Positions 1 to 7,551 of a stretch of 31,056 nt of DNA are shown in pieces. The position numbers and the translations under genes were made by a program. The notes beneath the pieces are model-generated. The model was not told the origin of the DNA, searched no databases, and was given only the letters and a program-made list of their open reading frames with translations. This stretch comes from Escherichia coli (GTDB lineage: Bacteria > Pseudomonadota > Gammaproteobacteria > Enterobacterales > Enterobacteriaceae). The first letter of the stretch is position 1. Every line of letters starts with the position of its first letter. The stretch lies in assembly GCF_003334335.1 (NCBI RefSeq), contig NZ_QOWQ01000047.1; one strand, given 5' to 3'.

Positions 1-463
1 CTTTATTATCGAGTTCGGTGACCGCCTGGACGGCCACTTCTGAGAAAAGGTATTTACACAGAATCCTGAACAGGCTCCCGCAATTCTTTACCCGCCAACC
101 TACCAACAATAGATGCACGTGCTCGTTTTTATCATCACCTAGATCGCCATCACTGTATTAATAGGTATGGTGATGTACTCACAATTCTACAAACCGACGG
201 CTGGCTTCCTCTACCGCAGAAATAATCTACTAAGGCGGTCTAAACGAAATTAATGATGAAATACCGGCATGTTGATAATATCAGAAAAGACATGCCATAG
301 TTATCTTGATCCGAATACCATGTGCGACGACTCGCTCAACTTCCATCATTCTTGGTACGTTGGAATCTCTTAATAAATTCTATCTGGCCACGGTGATTTA
401 TACCCTACTGAATTATATTGCTTTATTGAGAGAAACGGCCGTTCTTGGCAAGAAGCGGACAGA

Positions 464-907
464 CTAACTTAGCAGTAGGTCCGCTGTGAGCGAGGTGCAG
501 AAGTTCGCAATTGTTCTCGCAACCAAGGTAGCTAAAAAACACGGCAGGCAAATGTCTACATGTAAGATACACTTGCTATTATCAAGAATTTTAGTCCTGA
601 AGCATTTTAACTTTCTTCTCATGTTTTTATATTCGCCATTTATCCATTCAGGTTCTTCCCGAATAGCTGATCGCATACAGTGTGTTAGGATATCATTCCA
701 GAAAGCTGCAATCGCATCTGCAAACTCTATAAACTGTGTTTCTGTAACCTCTAGTTGCTCATGACGTAGACTAAATCTGACGGTGTCACCACGATGTAGC
801 ATCAGCATTGCGGTGAGCCGCCGGGCATGGTTTTTGTCATTTGTTTTATGGATAGTTTTCTGCATCAGGTGCCGTTCGGCTCTGGGTATTGGTACTATGA
901 TCGGCAT
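464..907 (-). pseudogene. Chimeric ORF. The first ~43 codons resemble the N-terminal HTH of IS630-family transposases and the rest is unrelated, so this looks like a transposase remnant.
   Basis: The N-terminus MPIIVPIPRAERHLMQKTIHKTNDKNHARRLTAMLMLHRGDTV closely parallels the recalled IS630 transposase start (MPIIAPISRDERRLMQKAIHKTHDKNYARRLTAMLMLHRGD...). Similarity stops after about residue 43. No DDE region is present, and 147 aa compares with about 343 aa for an intact enzyme. Confidence 0.45.
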
Positions 908-908
908 T

Positions 909-972
909 ACTCAGTCCGGCTGGTGATTTGGGATATTCAGCGATTGATCAGATCGCATAAACCGGACTGAGT
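909..972. repeat. Perfect 11-bp inverted repeat, ACTCAGTCCGG (909-919) and CCGGACTGAGT (962-972), with a 42-nt spacer
   Basis: Read directly from the sequence. It abuts the start codon of the transposase-like ORF (907), so it could be IS-end or leader structure. Confidence 0.6.
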
Positions 973-1289
973 TCCCCTTGAGTGATCTACTATTCCGAGC
1001 AGCTATTTAGATTGTTATTGATGCCGGAAGAAAACATCACTCGATCAATTCCCCAATAGTCAAGCAAGCAAAAGAGAGTGCTGCACAGTTCAATGCTGGC
1101 CGTTTCATGCGAGGAAAATTCCCTTTTCATTGCAAGTTGCTCAAACTCTTTAGTGCCATCCTGAATGCGATGCTCAGAAAGAACAAAGAAATGTAATGAA
1201 TCCTGCCATCAGGTTACTCCATAATTTTGCTGGTCAAGACAGTTAATTACGTGACGTATGCTCAGGCACCGGATGCCGTTTTACCGGGT

Positions 1290-2021
1290 TCACCTGCCAT
1301 CCAGTAGACGCCCCGGCCCACGACTGCAACCATAATTACGTTGCCCGGAACCGTTATGCAACTTCGTTTCATTTTTCACGAGATAACGGGCTCTCTCCAG
1401 GGCTTTCTGCACCGCTTCCTTGTCACCACGCGTGACCCAGAGCACAGCGGATCCACCAGACTTTTTGTCAGAAGCCTTCCGGGTATCAGAACACCCACTT
1501 GGTAAAGGCGTGTCATCGGAAGAAGGGGGAGCAGCAGGTGATGTCGGTTTACGGGAAGGAGTCCACCTGGAAAAATGGACCAGCCCATCACCCAGCCAGG
1601 GCTCAATACGCAGGGCGCTGCACCATGCCTCCTGGATCAGCGTCGCCAGCGAAGAAGAAACGGTGAAATCCCCGAGCGAGCACCAGGTATCTTTGTTGAG
1701 CAGTAATATCACGTGATAATGTTTCCTGCCATACATCTTGCCGAACTCCCGGCACCAGAAATAACCCAGGCTGGTTGCATGCACACGCTGATTGGCACAT
1801 CTTTTTTTCCGCTGGTAAGCCTGAATTTTGGCTTTCAGGGATTCGAAAAAACGAGAAATCACCGCTGAATCCGGATCGGGCTCCATGATGGTGACAGGCA
1901 TATACTCAGGGAAACGTAAATCCACCCGGATTAACGAGACGGCACGGTGTTGCACCAGGGCACTGTTGAGAATACTTTCAAAACGGGATAACCAGTAATC
2001 ATTGTGTATTGGTTGATTCAT
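1290..2021 (-). CDS. YagK/YfjJ-family protein (inovirus Gp2-like domain), typical of CP4-type islands
   Basis: A 243-aa ORF. Its N-terminal two-thirds (…LIRVDLRFPE…, …RKHYHVILLLNKD…) resemble my recollection of K-12 YfjJ/YagK. It also has an internal Pro/Ser-rich low-complexity stretch. Confidence 0.6.
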   Translation of the reverse strand: MNQPIHNDYWLSRFESILNSALVQHRAVSLIRVDLRFPEYMPVTIMEPDPDSAVISRFFESLKAKIQAYQRKKRCANQRVHATSLGYFWCREFGKMYGRKHYHVILLLNKDTWCSLGDFTVSSSLATLIQEAWCSALRIEPWLGDGLVHFSRWTPSRKPTSPAAPPSSDDTPLPSGCSDTRKASDKKSGGSAVLWVTRGDKEAVQKALERARYLVKNETKLHNGSGQRNYGCSRGPGRLLDGR

Positions 2022-2690
2022 GATGAGAGATCTCCGTTGATTTGGATTGACTTCACATCATTAATCGCCGCGGTAAAACTTTACGGCATCCCACCAATGA
2101 GCAACGCCAATAGCTCCTGATTAAAACGGAATGAATCGTCCCGTAACGAAAAGATAATCCTGCACACGACAGCAAAACGTAAAACAACAGCATGAATGAG
2201 CTAAATGTCTAAAGAAAAACTGCCTTTTCACATTATTTTTCAGCGAGTAATCATACCAGCATCCCTAACATACGAAATCGCATCGTGATCGATCGCTGAT
2301 TCGCCGAACAACTGATCGAATACACCGGAATCTGCACTAACATCCTGATGGGTAACGGAAGACTAAAAAACCAGTGTTCTATTGATTGCACGGAATGCCT
2401 GTGCGCTGGCCTGACCAGTAAGCACAATTCTACGAGTAGTAAGATATCTACTCCAAAACCATGCGCAGTAGCCACCATATGTTGCCAGGGTGAAAAATAA
2501 GCTCAGAGCTATAGGGGAGTAATTCCCGTTAATGTCATCGCCGTACCTCAATCAGCTCACAAACTGGCTGAAACGTTAAGCTGAGGCCTTTATTCTTCAG
2601 ATGTATTTTCCGGTTTACCTGTAAATTATCTTCTGATATTTATCACATTAGTAATTGTGCTGATTATCTACATACTTCAAGGTCTGAAAT

Positions 2691-3221
2691 ATGAAGCTAA
2701 CAGAAGAAAGTCTGAATCTAGTCATTGACATCCTGAATGATTTGATCTGTGAAGGAAAAATGCTGAACGATGTGGAGCGCAGATCTCTGCTCAATGCAGT
2801 TATGGCAATTACAGCGGTAAAAGAACGTTCTGTCGTATCTGTATCATCCCGAAAAGAGCAAAGTAAGAAGGAGAAGAAGGAAAGAGAGATCGATCCTCGT
2901 TTCCCAAATGCTGGTGTGGCATGGAATGAGGCAGACGAGAGTTTATTGCGAGATGTTCTGGAGGATGTACCGGACGATGAAATTGGTAAACACCTTTTCT
3001 GGCTGGCAGAGAAACTAGGGCGAACCCCGTACAGTGTAGCCTGTAAAGTCAGACAAATTAAGAAATTACCTGCAGAATGGAAGGATCAATTTCGTAAAAT
3101 CTCTGACAGGATCCGTAGTTCTGGAATGTCAGTCAGTGAATATCTACAACGCCAGGGACTGTTAAGCCCAGAGTCAGGGGAAGAAAACAATCCTGTCAGT
3201 CATAACAACAATGTAGCTTAA
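2691..3221 (+). CDS. Hypothetical protein with a possible Myb/SANT-like helix-turn-helix segment
   Basis: A 176-aa ORF. Residues ~75-125 read AWNEADESLLRDVLEDVPDDEIGKHLFWLAEKLGRTPYSVACKVRQIKK. This follows the W-x2-E-[DE]-x2-L … W-x-[IL]A-x2-LGRT … spacing of Myb/SANT repeats. A Lys/Glu-rich linker (KEQSKKEKKERE) precedes it. Confidence 0.5.
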   Translation: MKLTEESLNLVIDILNDLICEGKMLNDVERRSLLNAVMAITAVKERSVVSVSSRKEQSKKEKKEREIDPRFPNAGVAWNEADESLLRDVLEDVPDDEIGKHLFWLAEKLGRTPYSVACKVRQIKKLPAEWKDQFRKISDRIRSSGMSVSEYLQRQGLLSPESGEENNPVSHNNNVA

Positions 3222-3234
3222 TCCTGAAGAAGAT

Positions 3235-3261
3235 GAACAGTTTATACTCTTTAAACTGTTC
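3235..3261 (+). terminator. Hairpin downstream of the 2691-3221 ORF: GAACAGTTTA, 7-nt loop, TAAACTGTTC
   Basis: Perfect 10-bp arms at 3235-3244 and 3252-3261, starting 14 nt after the stop codon. Only a weak T-run follows (CCTTAATTTTAG). Confidence 0.4.
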
Positions 3262-3748
3262 CCTTAATTTTAGAAAAACAGTTTGTGTAAGTGCATGCTC
3301 CAACATTCTGAAGGCGTTATTTCTTACAATACATCATAATCATTGGCAGATCCTCATCTGAATCAAAACACCACAACCAATCATCACACTTTTTCTGAAA
3401 AGAGCCTTATGATGAAGATAATCACCTTACGCTGAGAAAAAACACCAGGGCCAGTTAATCACCTTATCAATCTCGCCGTTACAAAATCATCCATAAGCCA
3501 TTTAACAGTGTTATCGCAAACTCACAGTAAATCGCATCAGGTTACCTCAATCGGATTTGAGTTAATTCACTGGGCTTTACGTAAAGATACTTTTCTCAAG
3601 CTAACGTCGAAACTCGAAATCTAAGGAAAGGTTAAACGTAACATCAGTAAAATCGAATAGCAGATTGATTGCTTAAACAGAAAGGTTTTACAGCAGCATT
3701 AAACTGATTTAGTTAACGTAAAGATTTACTAAACTGGATGTGTATAGC

Positions 3749-3880
3749 AATGCTTAACGAAAACACTTGTAGAAGTGTTTATGAAAATACGTGTATGTCT
3801 GGTAAAACACTTAGTAGAAAATACGTGTATAACACTTACTGAAATGCTTAGTAAAAATACTTAGTAAAATACGTGTATAT
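3749..3880. repeat. Iteron-like cluster of short direct and inverted repeats in an ORF-free AT-rich tract
   Basis: AAAATACGTGTAT occurs three times (3784-3796, 3818-3830, 3866-3878). The CTTAGTA core occurs three times (3810-3816, 3847-3853, 3860-3866), with degenerate copies (CTTAACG, CTTGTAG, CTTACTG) often 13 bp apart. A perfect palindrome AAACACTT-GTAG-AAGTGTTT sits at 3761-3780. Confidence 0.75.
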
Positions 3881-4384
3881 AGTATCATACCGACATTCTC
3901 AACATCTTCAGACTTCCATACATACTGGGTGTTAATTTTTCACTTTTACAGCCAGCATGGAGTTTTCTGTCCTAAAAACAGAGCAGATTTACTCTGGAGT
4001 TATTTTCCTGTTCACGTATTCAGTACAGCAGAAATCCCGTGATAACGAGACAGTAAACCATCGTAATCAGCGTCTGTAACTCCATCGCTTTACCCCAGAA
4101 AAGTTAAGCCATATAATGTGAGGGATATAAGTCGTCGTATCCGGTAAGTACAGATAACCACAACATAAGCTCATTCAGTAAATTTTATCTCTGAACAAAC
4201 GACTATGGCATGCTCATTTATACTATTCATAAGAAAGTGTGATTATCTGTAAGCATTAACCATCAAATCATATAACCATACTAAACTGGCGGATCATCAG
4301 CACCATTAGCAGGTAACTTATTGAAATTTTATTATGTGTTTTTTGTTGATAATTAATATGCAATATGAATTTGATATTTTAGAA

Positions 4385-5608
4385 TCATGAACACCATTTA
4401 AAATTACCATCATTAATATCATATAAAAATATATTTTTACTAAAACATGAATTGTATATATTTATTAGCTCAGGAAAATTATCAGGGTTCACCTTCAAAT
4501 TAACCTGAATGTTATGCTTAATTTCACCCAGTAGTTCTTCATGTGTGGATTTTATTATCCCATTATTATAATCGATAAATGCACACATGTTTTTTATGAA
4601 TTCAAAACCTTTTCCTGTATACAGTTTAATGAATGCCACCAGAGCAAACATTTCAAGATGTAGCCATAATGCTACGTTAGTTTTTTGCAAAGTATAAAAA
4701 ATTGAATTCGCCACTTTTTTACTTATTGCTCTTTTATACTGTGATCGAGCAAGATTCAGTAGCGGAAGCTCTCGTTCAATAAATGAATGTGAAAAGACTG
4801 GATAAATTGATGTCGGAAACCTTTCAGGCCTTATGATATTTTCTATTTCCACCATAAATCTATCCATAGAAAGAAAGTCACTTTCTTTTTTTATTCTGGT
4901 ATAGAGACCGCCTTTATTCCTTTCTGAGGTTTGTTTTCGTGCTATCCCCCCTAACAATTTCTCTAATTGTTTATTTATCTTCGTATAATTAAATACAACC
5001 ATTCTTCTTATCATCCTCGGAAGGATAATAATATCAGTGCTTGAATCACTTGAACGGCAATTATTATTTATCCATGCAACTTCAAGTTGCAGTATCGGAA
5101 CATTAACTTTTCTGGGGTGAATATCACTCTGATATCGTTTTTTGTATGCGTTTTCATTAAGATATTCTCTGCTGTAGAGAAACTTATAGCAATATAATCT
5201 GATAATATCTTTTATGTAAAATTTAAATAGTTCACCTGTAACAGATATATGTTTTCTGCTCAGTAACTCCTGTGTATTAAGCCATTCCCGTGACCGAAGC
5301 ACACCCTTGTGAAAACTTTTTCTTACTTGCTTTGAGGCACGGCATTGATGTAATATTTTTGCGTCCTCAATAATTCTCTTTCCCGTTTTATTTTTTGCAG
5401 CATCTCTTACTCCATAAAATATCTCCCGGTCCAGACTTTTGTCATATTTACTGATTATACGACAAATATTCCTGACCCGACGATTCTCTTTATTTCGCTT
5501 CCATAGCTTATAATGATCATCGCATAACCTTAAGGCATTTGCCTCATCAAATTCTGAAACAGGATTACTGCATTTTTTATTCCGACAAATACCTTTGTTT
5601 TTAGCCAT
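4385..5608 (-). CDS. Orphan hypothetical protein (407 aa) from a very AT-rich gene, with an N-terminal Cys/His cluster
   Basis: An uninterrupted 407-codon ORF with a purine-rich GGGAAGAAGAG stretch just upstream of the ATG. The N-terminus has C8-x4-C13 … C29-x2-H32. The rest is Lys/Ile/Asn/Phe-rich. I see no Walker A, DDE, RT or other motif I can recognise. Confidence 0.7.
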   Translation of the reverse strand: MAKNKGICRNKKCSNPVSEFDEANALRLCDDHYKLWKRNKENRRVRNICRIISKYDKSLDREIFYGVRDAAKNKTGKRIIEDAKILHQCRASKQVRKSFHKGVLRSREWLNTQELLSRKHISVTGELFKFYIKDIIRLYCYKFLYSREYLNENAYKKRYQSDIHPRKVNVPILQLEVAWINNNCRSSDSSTDIIILPRMIRRMVVFNYTKINKQLEKLLGGIARKQTSERNKGGLYTRIKKESDFLSMDRFMVEIENIIRPERFPTSIYPVFSHSFIERELPLLNLARSQYKRAISKKVANSIFYTLQKTNVALWLHLEMFALVAFIKLYTGKGFEFIKNMCAFIDYNNGIIKSTHEELLGEIKHNIQVNLKVNPDNFPELINIYNSCFSKNIFLYDINDGNFKWCS

Positions 5609-5708
5609 ACTCTTCTTCCCGTCAATGGAAAAATTTTCACACCCATATTACCTGAATGATAAACCGGATTAGTGTGATCCGGTTCAGTGAAATCAACAGG
5701 ATACCGGT

Positions 5709-7214
5709 ATGCCATTCAGCAATTCTTCCCTCTCCGCGCAAGTGAAATCATATCTGACGTTTCTTCCTGAAGAAATACGCCAGAAAATCCTTGAACATCT
5801 CCACGGTGTTATTCATTACGAGCCCGTGATTGGCATTATGGGTAAATCCGGCACCGGCAAGAGCAGCCTGTGTAATGCCATTTTTCAGTCCCGTATCTGC
5901 GCCACGCATCCCCTGAACGGCTGCACCCGCCAGGCTCATCGTCTTACCCTGCAGCTCGGTGAACGCAGAATGACGCTGGTCGATCTGCCCGGCATTGGTG
6001 AAACACCGCAGCATGATCAGGAATACCGAGCGCTTTATCGTCAGTTACTGCCGGAACTGGATCTGATTATCTGGATCCTGCGGAGTGATGAACGTGCGTA
6101 TGCTGCCGATATTGCCATGCATCAGTTTTTACTGAATGAGGGCGCAGATCCCTCGCGCTTTCTGTTTGTTCTCAGCCATGCCGATCGCATGTTTCCTGCT
6201 GAAGAATGGAATGCCACAGAAAAATGCCCGTCCCGTCACCAGGAACTCTCACTGGCGACAGTAACAGCCCGGGTGGCCACCCTGTTCCCTTCATCATTTC
6301 CGGTACTCCCCGTAGCCGCGCCTGCAGGCTGGAACCTTCCAGCGCTGGTGTCACTGATGATCCACGCGCTGCCACCACAGGCAACCAGCGCAGTTTATTC
6401 ACATATCCGGGGGGAAAACCACTCTGAACAGGCCCGGAAACACGCACAACTGACTTTTGGTGAAACCATCGGGAAAAGTTTTGACGACGCCGTTGCCCGT
6501 TTCAGTTTTCCGCCCTGGATGTTACAGCTTCTGCGCAAAACCCGGGACCGCATTATCCACCTGCTGTTCACTGTGGCATCCTTCTCCACCTCCGCCGGTA
6601 ACTGGGCTGTCAAAAACGGCTGGTGCCAGACCATGACGGAAGATGGTCAGGCGCTGGTAATGCTGAAAAATGGCACGATTGGTATTACCGGCCTGATGCA
6701 GGGATGCCCGAATGGCGTACAGACGCTCCTGGGCAGCCGTATCAGTATTAACGGTAACCTGATCCCCACATCACAAATGTGTAATCAGCAGACGGGATTC
6801 AGGGCTGTTGAGGTGGAAGTCGGACAGGCGCCGGAAATGGTCAAAAAAGCCGTTCACTCCATAGCAGAGCGTGATGTGTCCGTTTTACAGGCATTTGGTG
6901 TACGAATGGAATTCACCCGCGGTGATATGCTGAAGGTCTGTCCGAAATTTGTCACATCACTTGCCGGTTTTTCCCCGAAACAGACACCCGCCATTAATAA
7001 AGATTCCGTCCTGCAGGCTGCCCGGCAGGCATACGCCCGGGAATATGACGAGGAAACAACAGAAACCGCTGATTTTGGCTCTTACGAAGTAAAAGGCAAT
7101 AAGGTTGAGTTTGAAGTGTTCAATCCTGAAGACCGTGCGTACGACAAAGTGACCGTCACGGTTGGTGCTGACGGTAATGCCACCGGTGCCAGCGTTGAAT
7201 TTATCGGAAAATAG
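5709..7214 (+). CDS. YeeP/YkfA/YfjP-family GTPase (residues ~1-288) continuing in frame into a ~210-aa segment of unknown family
   Basis: It has a G1 P-loop GKSGTGKSS, a G3 DLPG and SHAD in place of the G4 motif. K-12 paralogues are recalled as about 287 aa, but here the frame stays open to 501 aa. An internal ATG at 6633 (M309) starts the extra segment. Confidence 0.8.
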   Translation: MPFSNSSLSAQVKSYLTFLPEEIRQKILEHLHGVIHYEPVIGIMGKSGTGKSSLCNAIFQSRICATHPLNGCTRQAHRLTLQLGERRMTLVDLPGIGETPQHDQEYRALYRQLLPELDLIIWILRSDERAYAADIAMHQFLLNEGADPSRFLFVLSHADRMFPAEEWNATEKCPSRHQELSLATVTARVATLFPSSFPVLPVAAPAGWNLPALVSLMIHALPPQATSAVYSHIRGENHSEQARKHAQLTFGETIGKSFDDAVARFSFPPWMLQLLRKTRDRIIHLLFTVASFSTSAGNWAVKNGWCQTMTEDGQALVMLKNGTIGITGLMQGCPNGVQTLLGSRISINGNLIPTSQMCNQQTGFRAVEVEVGQAPEMVKKAVHSIAERDVSVLQAFGVRMEFTRGDMLKVCPKFVTSLAGFSPKQTPAINKDSVLQAARQAYAREYDEETTETADFGSYEVKGNKVEFEVFNPEDRAYDKVTVTVGADGNATGASVEFIGK

Positions 7215-7219
7215 CTGGT

Positions 7220-7453
7220 ATGTCGGACTGTCACCCTGTTTTATTGCCCGAAGGCCCTTTCTCACGCGAACAGGCGATGGCTGTCACAACAGCTTACCGC
7301 AATGTGCTTATTGAAGATGATCAGGGAACGCATTTCCGGCTGGTTATCCGCAATGCTGAAGGGCAGCTACGCTGGCGGTGCTGGAATTTTGAACCTGATG
7401 CCGGAAAACAGCTTAATGCGGGGCTCGCCAGTGAGGGAATTCTCAGGCAATAA
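7220..7453 (+). CDS. DUF905-family protein (YkfF-like)
   Basis: 77 aa. The run [55 protein letters not shown] closely parallels recalled YkfF. Confidence 0.8.
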   Translation: MSDCHPVLLPEGPFSREQAMAVTTAYRNVLIEDDQGTHFRLVIRNAEGQLRWRCWNFEPDAGKQLNAGLASEGILRQ

Positions 7454-7475
7454 ACGTCTTCATTTCATCCATCAG

Positions 7476-7507
7476 GCCACGTCTTCTCCGGGAGACGTGG
7501 CTTTTTC
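7476..7507 (+). terminator. Rho-independent terminator after the DUF905 gene
   Basis: GCCACGTCT (7476-7484) pairs with AGACGTGGC (7493-7501), extendable by two more pairs, and is followed by TTTTT. Confidence 0.7.
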
Positions 7508-7551
7508 ATTTATTACACCAGTAAATCTTAACCACCAATAAGGAGCAAATC

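Noticed and set aside
1-130. Partial frames at the left edge: a + strand frame ending …FIIEFGDRLDGHF* at 43, and a - strand frame VHLLLVGWRVKNCGSLFRILCKYLFSEVAVQAVTELDNK… running off the window
   Set aside because: Each has fewer than 45 visible codons, they are mutually exclusive, and I recognise no family. That is not enough evidence to call either one.
990-1130. A 46-aa - strand ORF (MKREFSSHETASIELCSTLFCLLDYWGIDRV…) between the IS remnant and the YfjJ-like gene
   Set aside because: It is short, with no recognisable family or RBS, and may be a relic of a disrupted gene.
2251-2551. Two overlapping - strand ORFs (75 and 62 aa) in the 670-bp region between the YfjJ-like gene and the 176-aa ORF
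   Set aside because: They are mutually overlapping with no RBS or family resemblance. The region more plausibly holds divergent promoters.
3749-3880. The repeat cluster considered as a CRISPR array or a type III (ToxI-like) antitoxin RNA repeat
   Set aside because: The units are only 7-13 nt with irregular 13-48 bp spacing, so there is no 24-40-nt repeat/spacer architecture and no cas genes. For a type III TA the repeats should sit immediately upstream of, and co-oriented with, a toxin ORF. The only nearby gene is about 500 bp away and convergent.
3957-4079. A 40-aa + strand ORF (MEFSVLKTEQIYSGVIFLFTYSVQQKSRDNETVNHRNQRL) inside the AT-rich tract
   Set aside because: There is no recognisable RBS, and it is too short to separate from chance in 1.1 kb of sequence. 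It is mentioned only as something ribosome profiling could test.
5530-5715. A 61-aa - strand ORF spanning the divergent promoter region and the 5' end of the orphan gene
   Set aside because: It overlaps the start of the much longer 407-aa ORF in another frame and crosses the GTPase start codon. It has no independent support.
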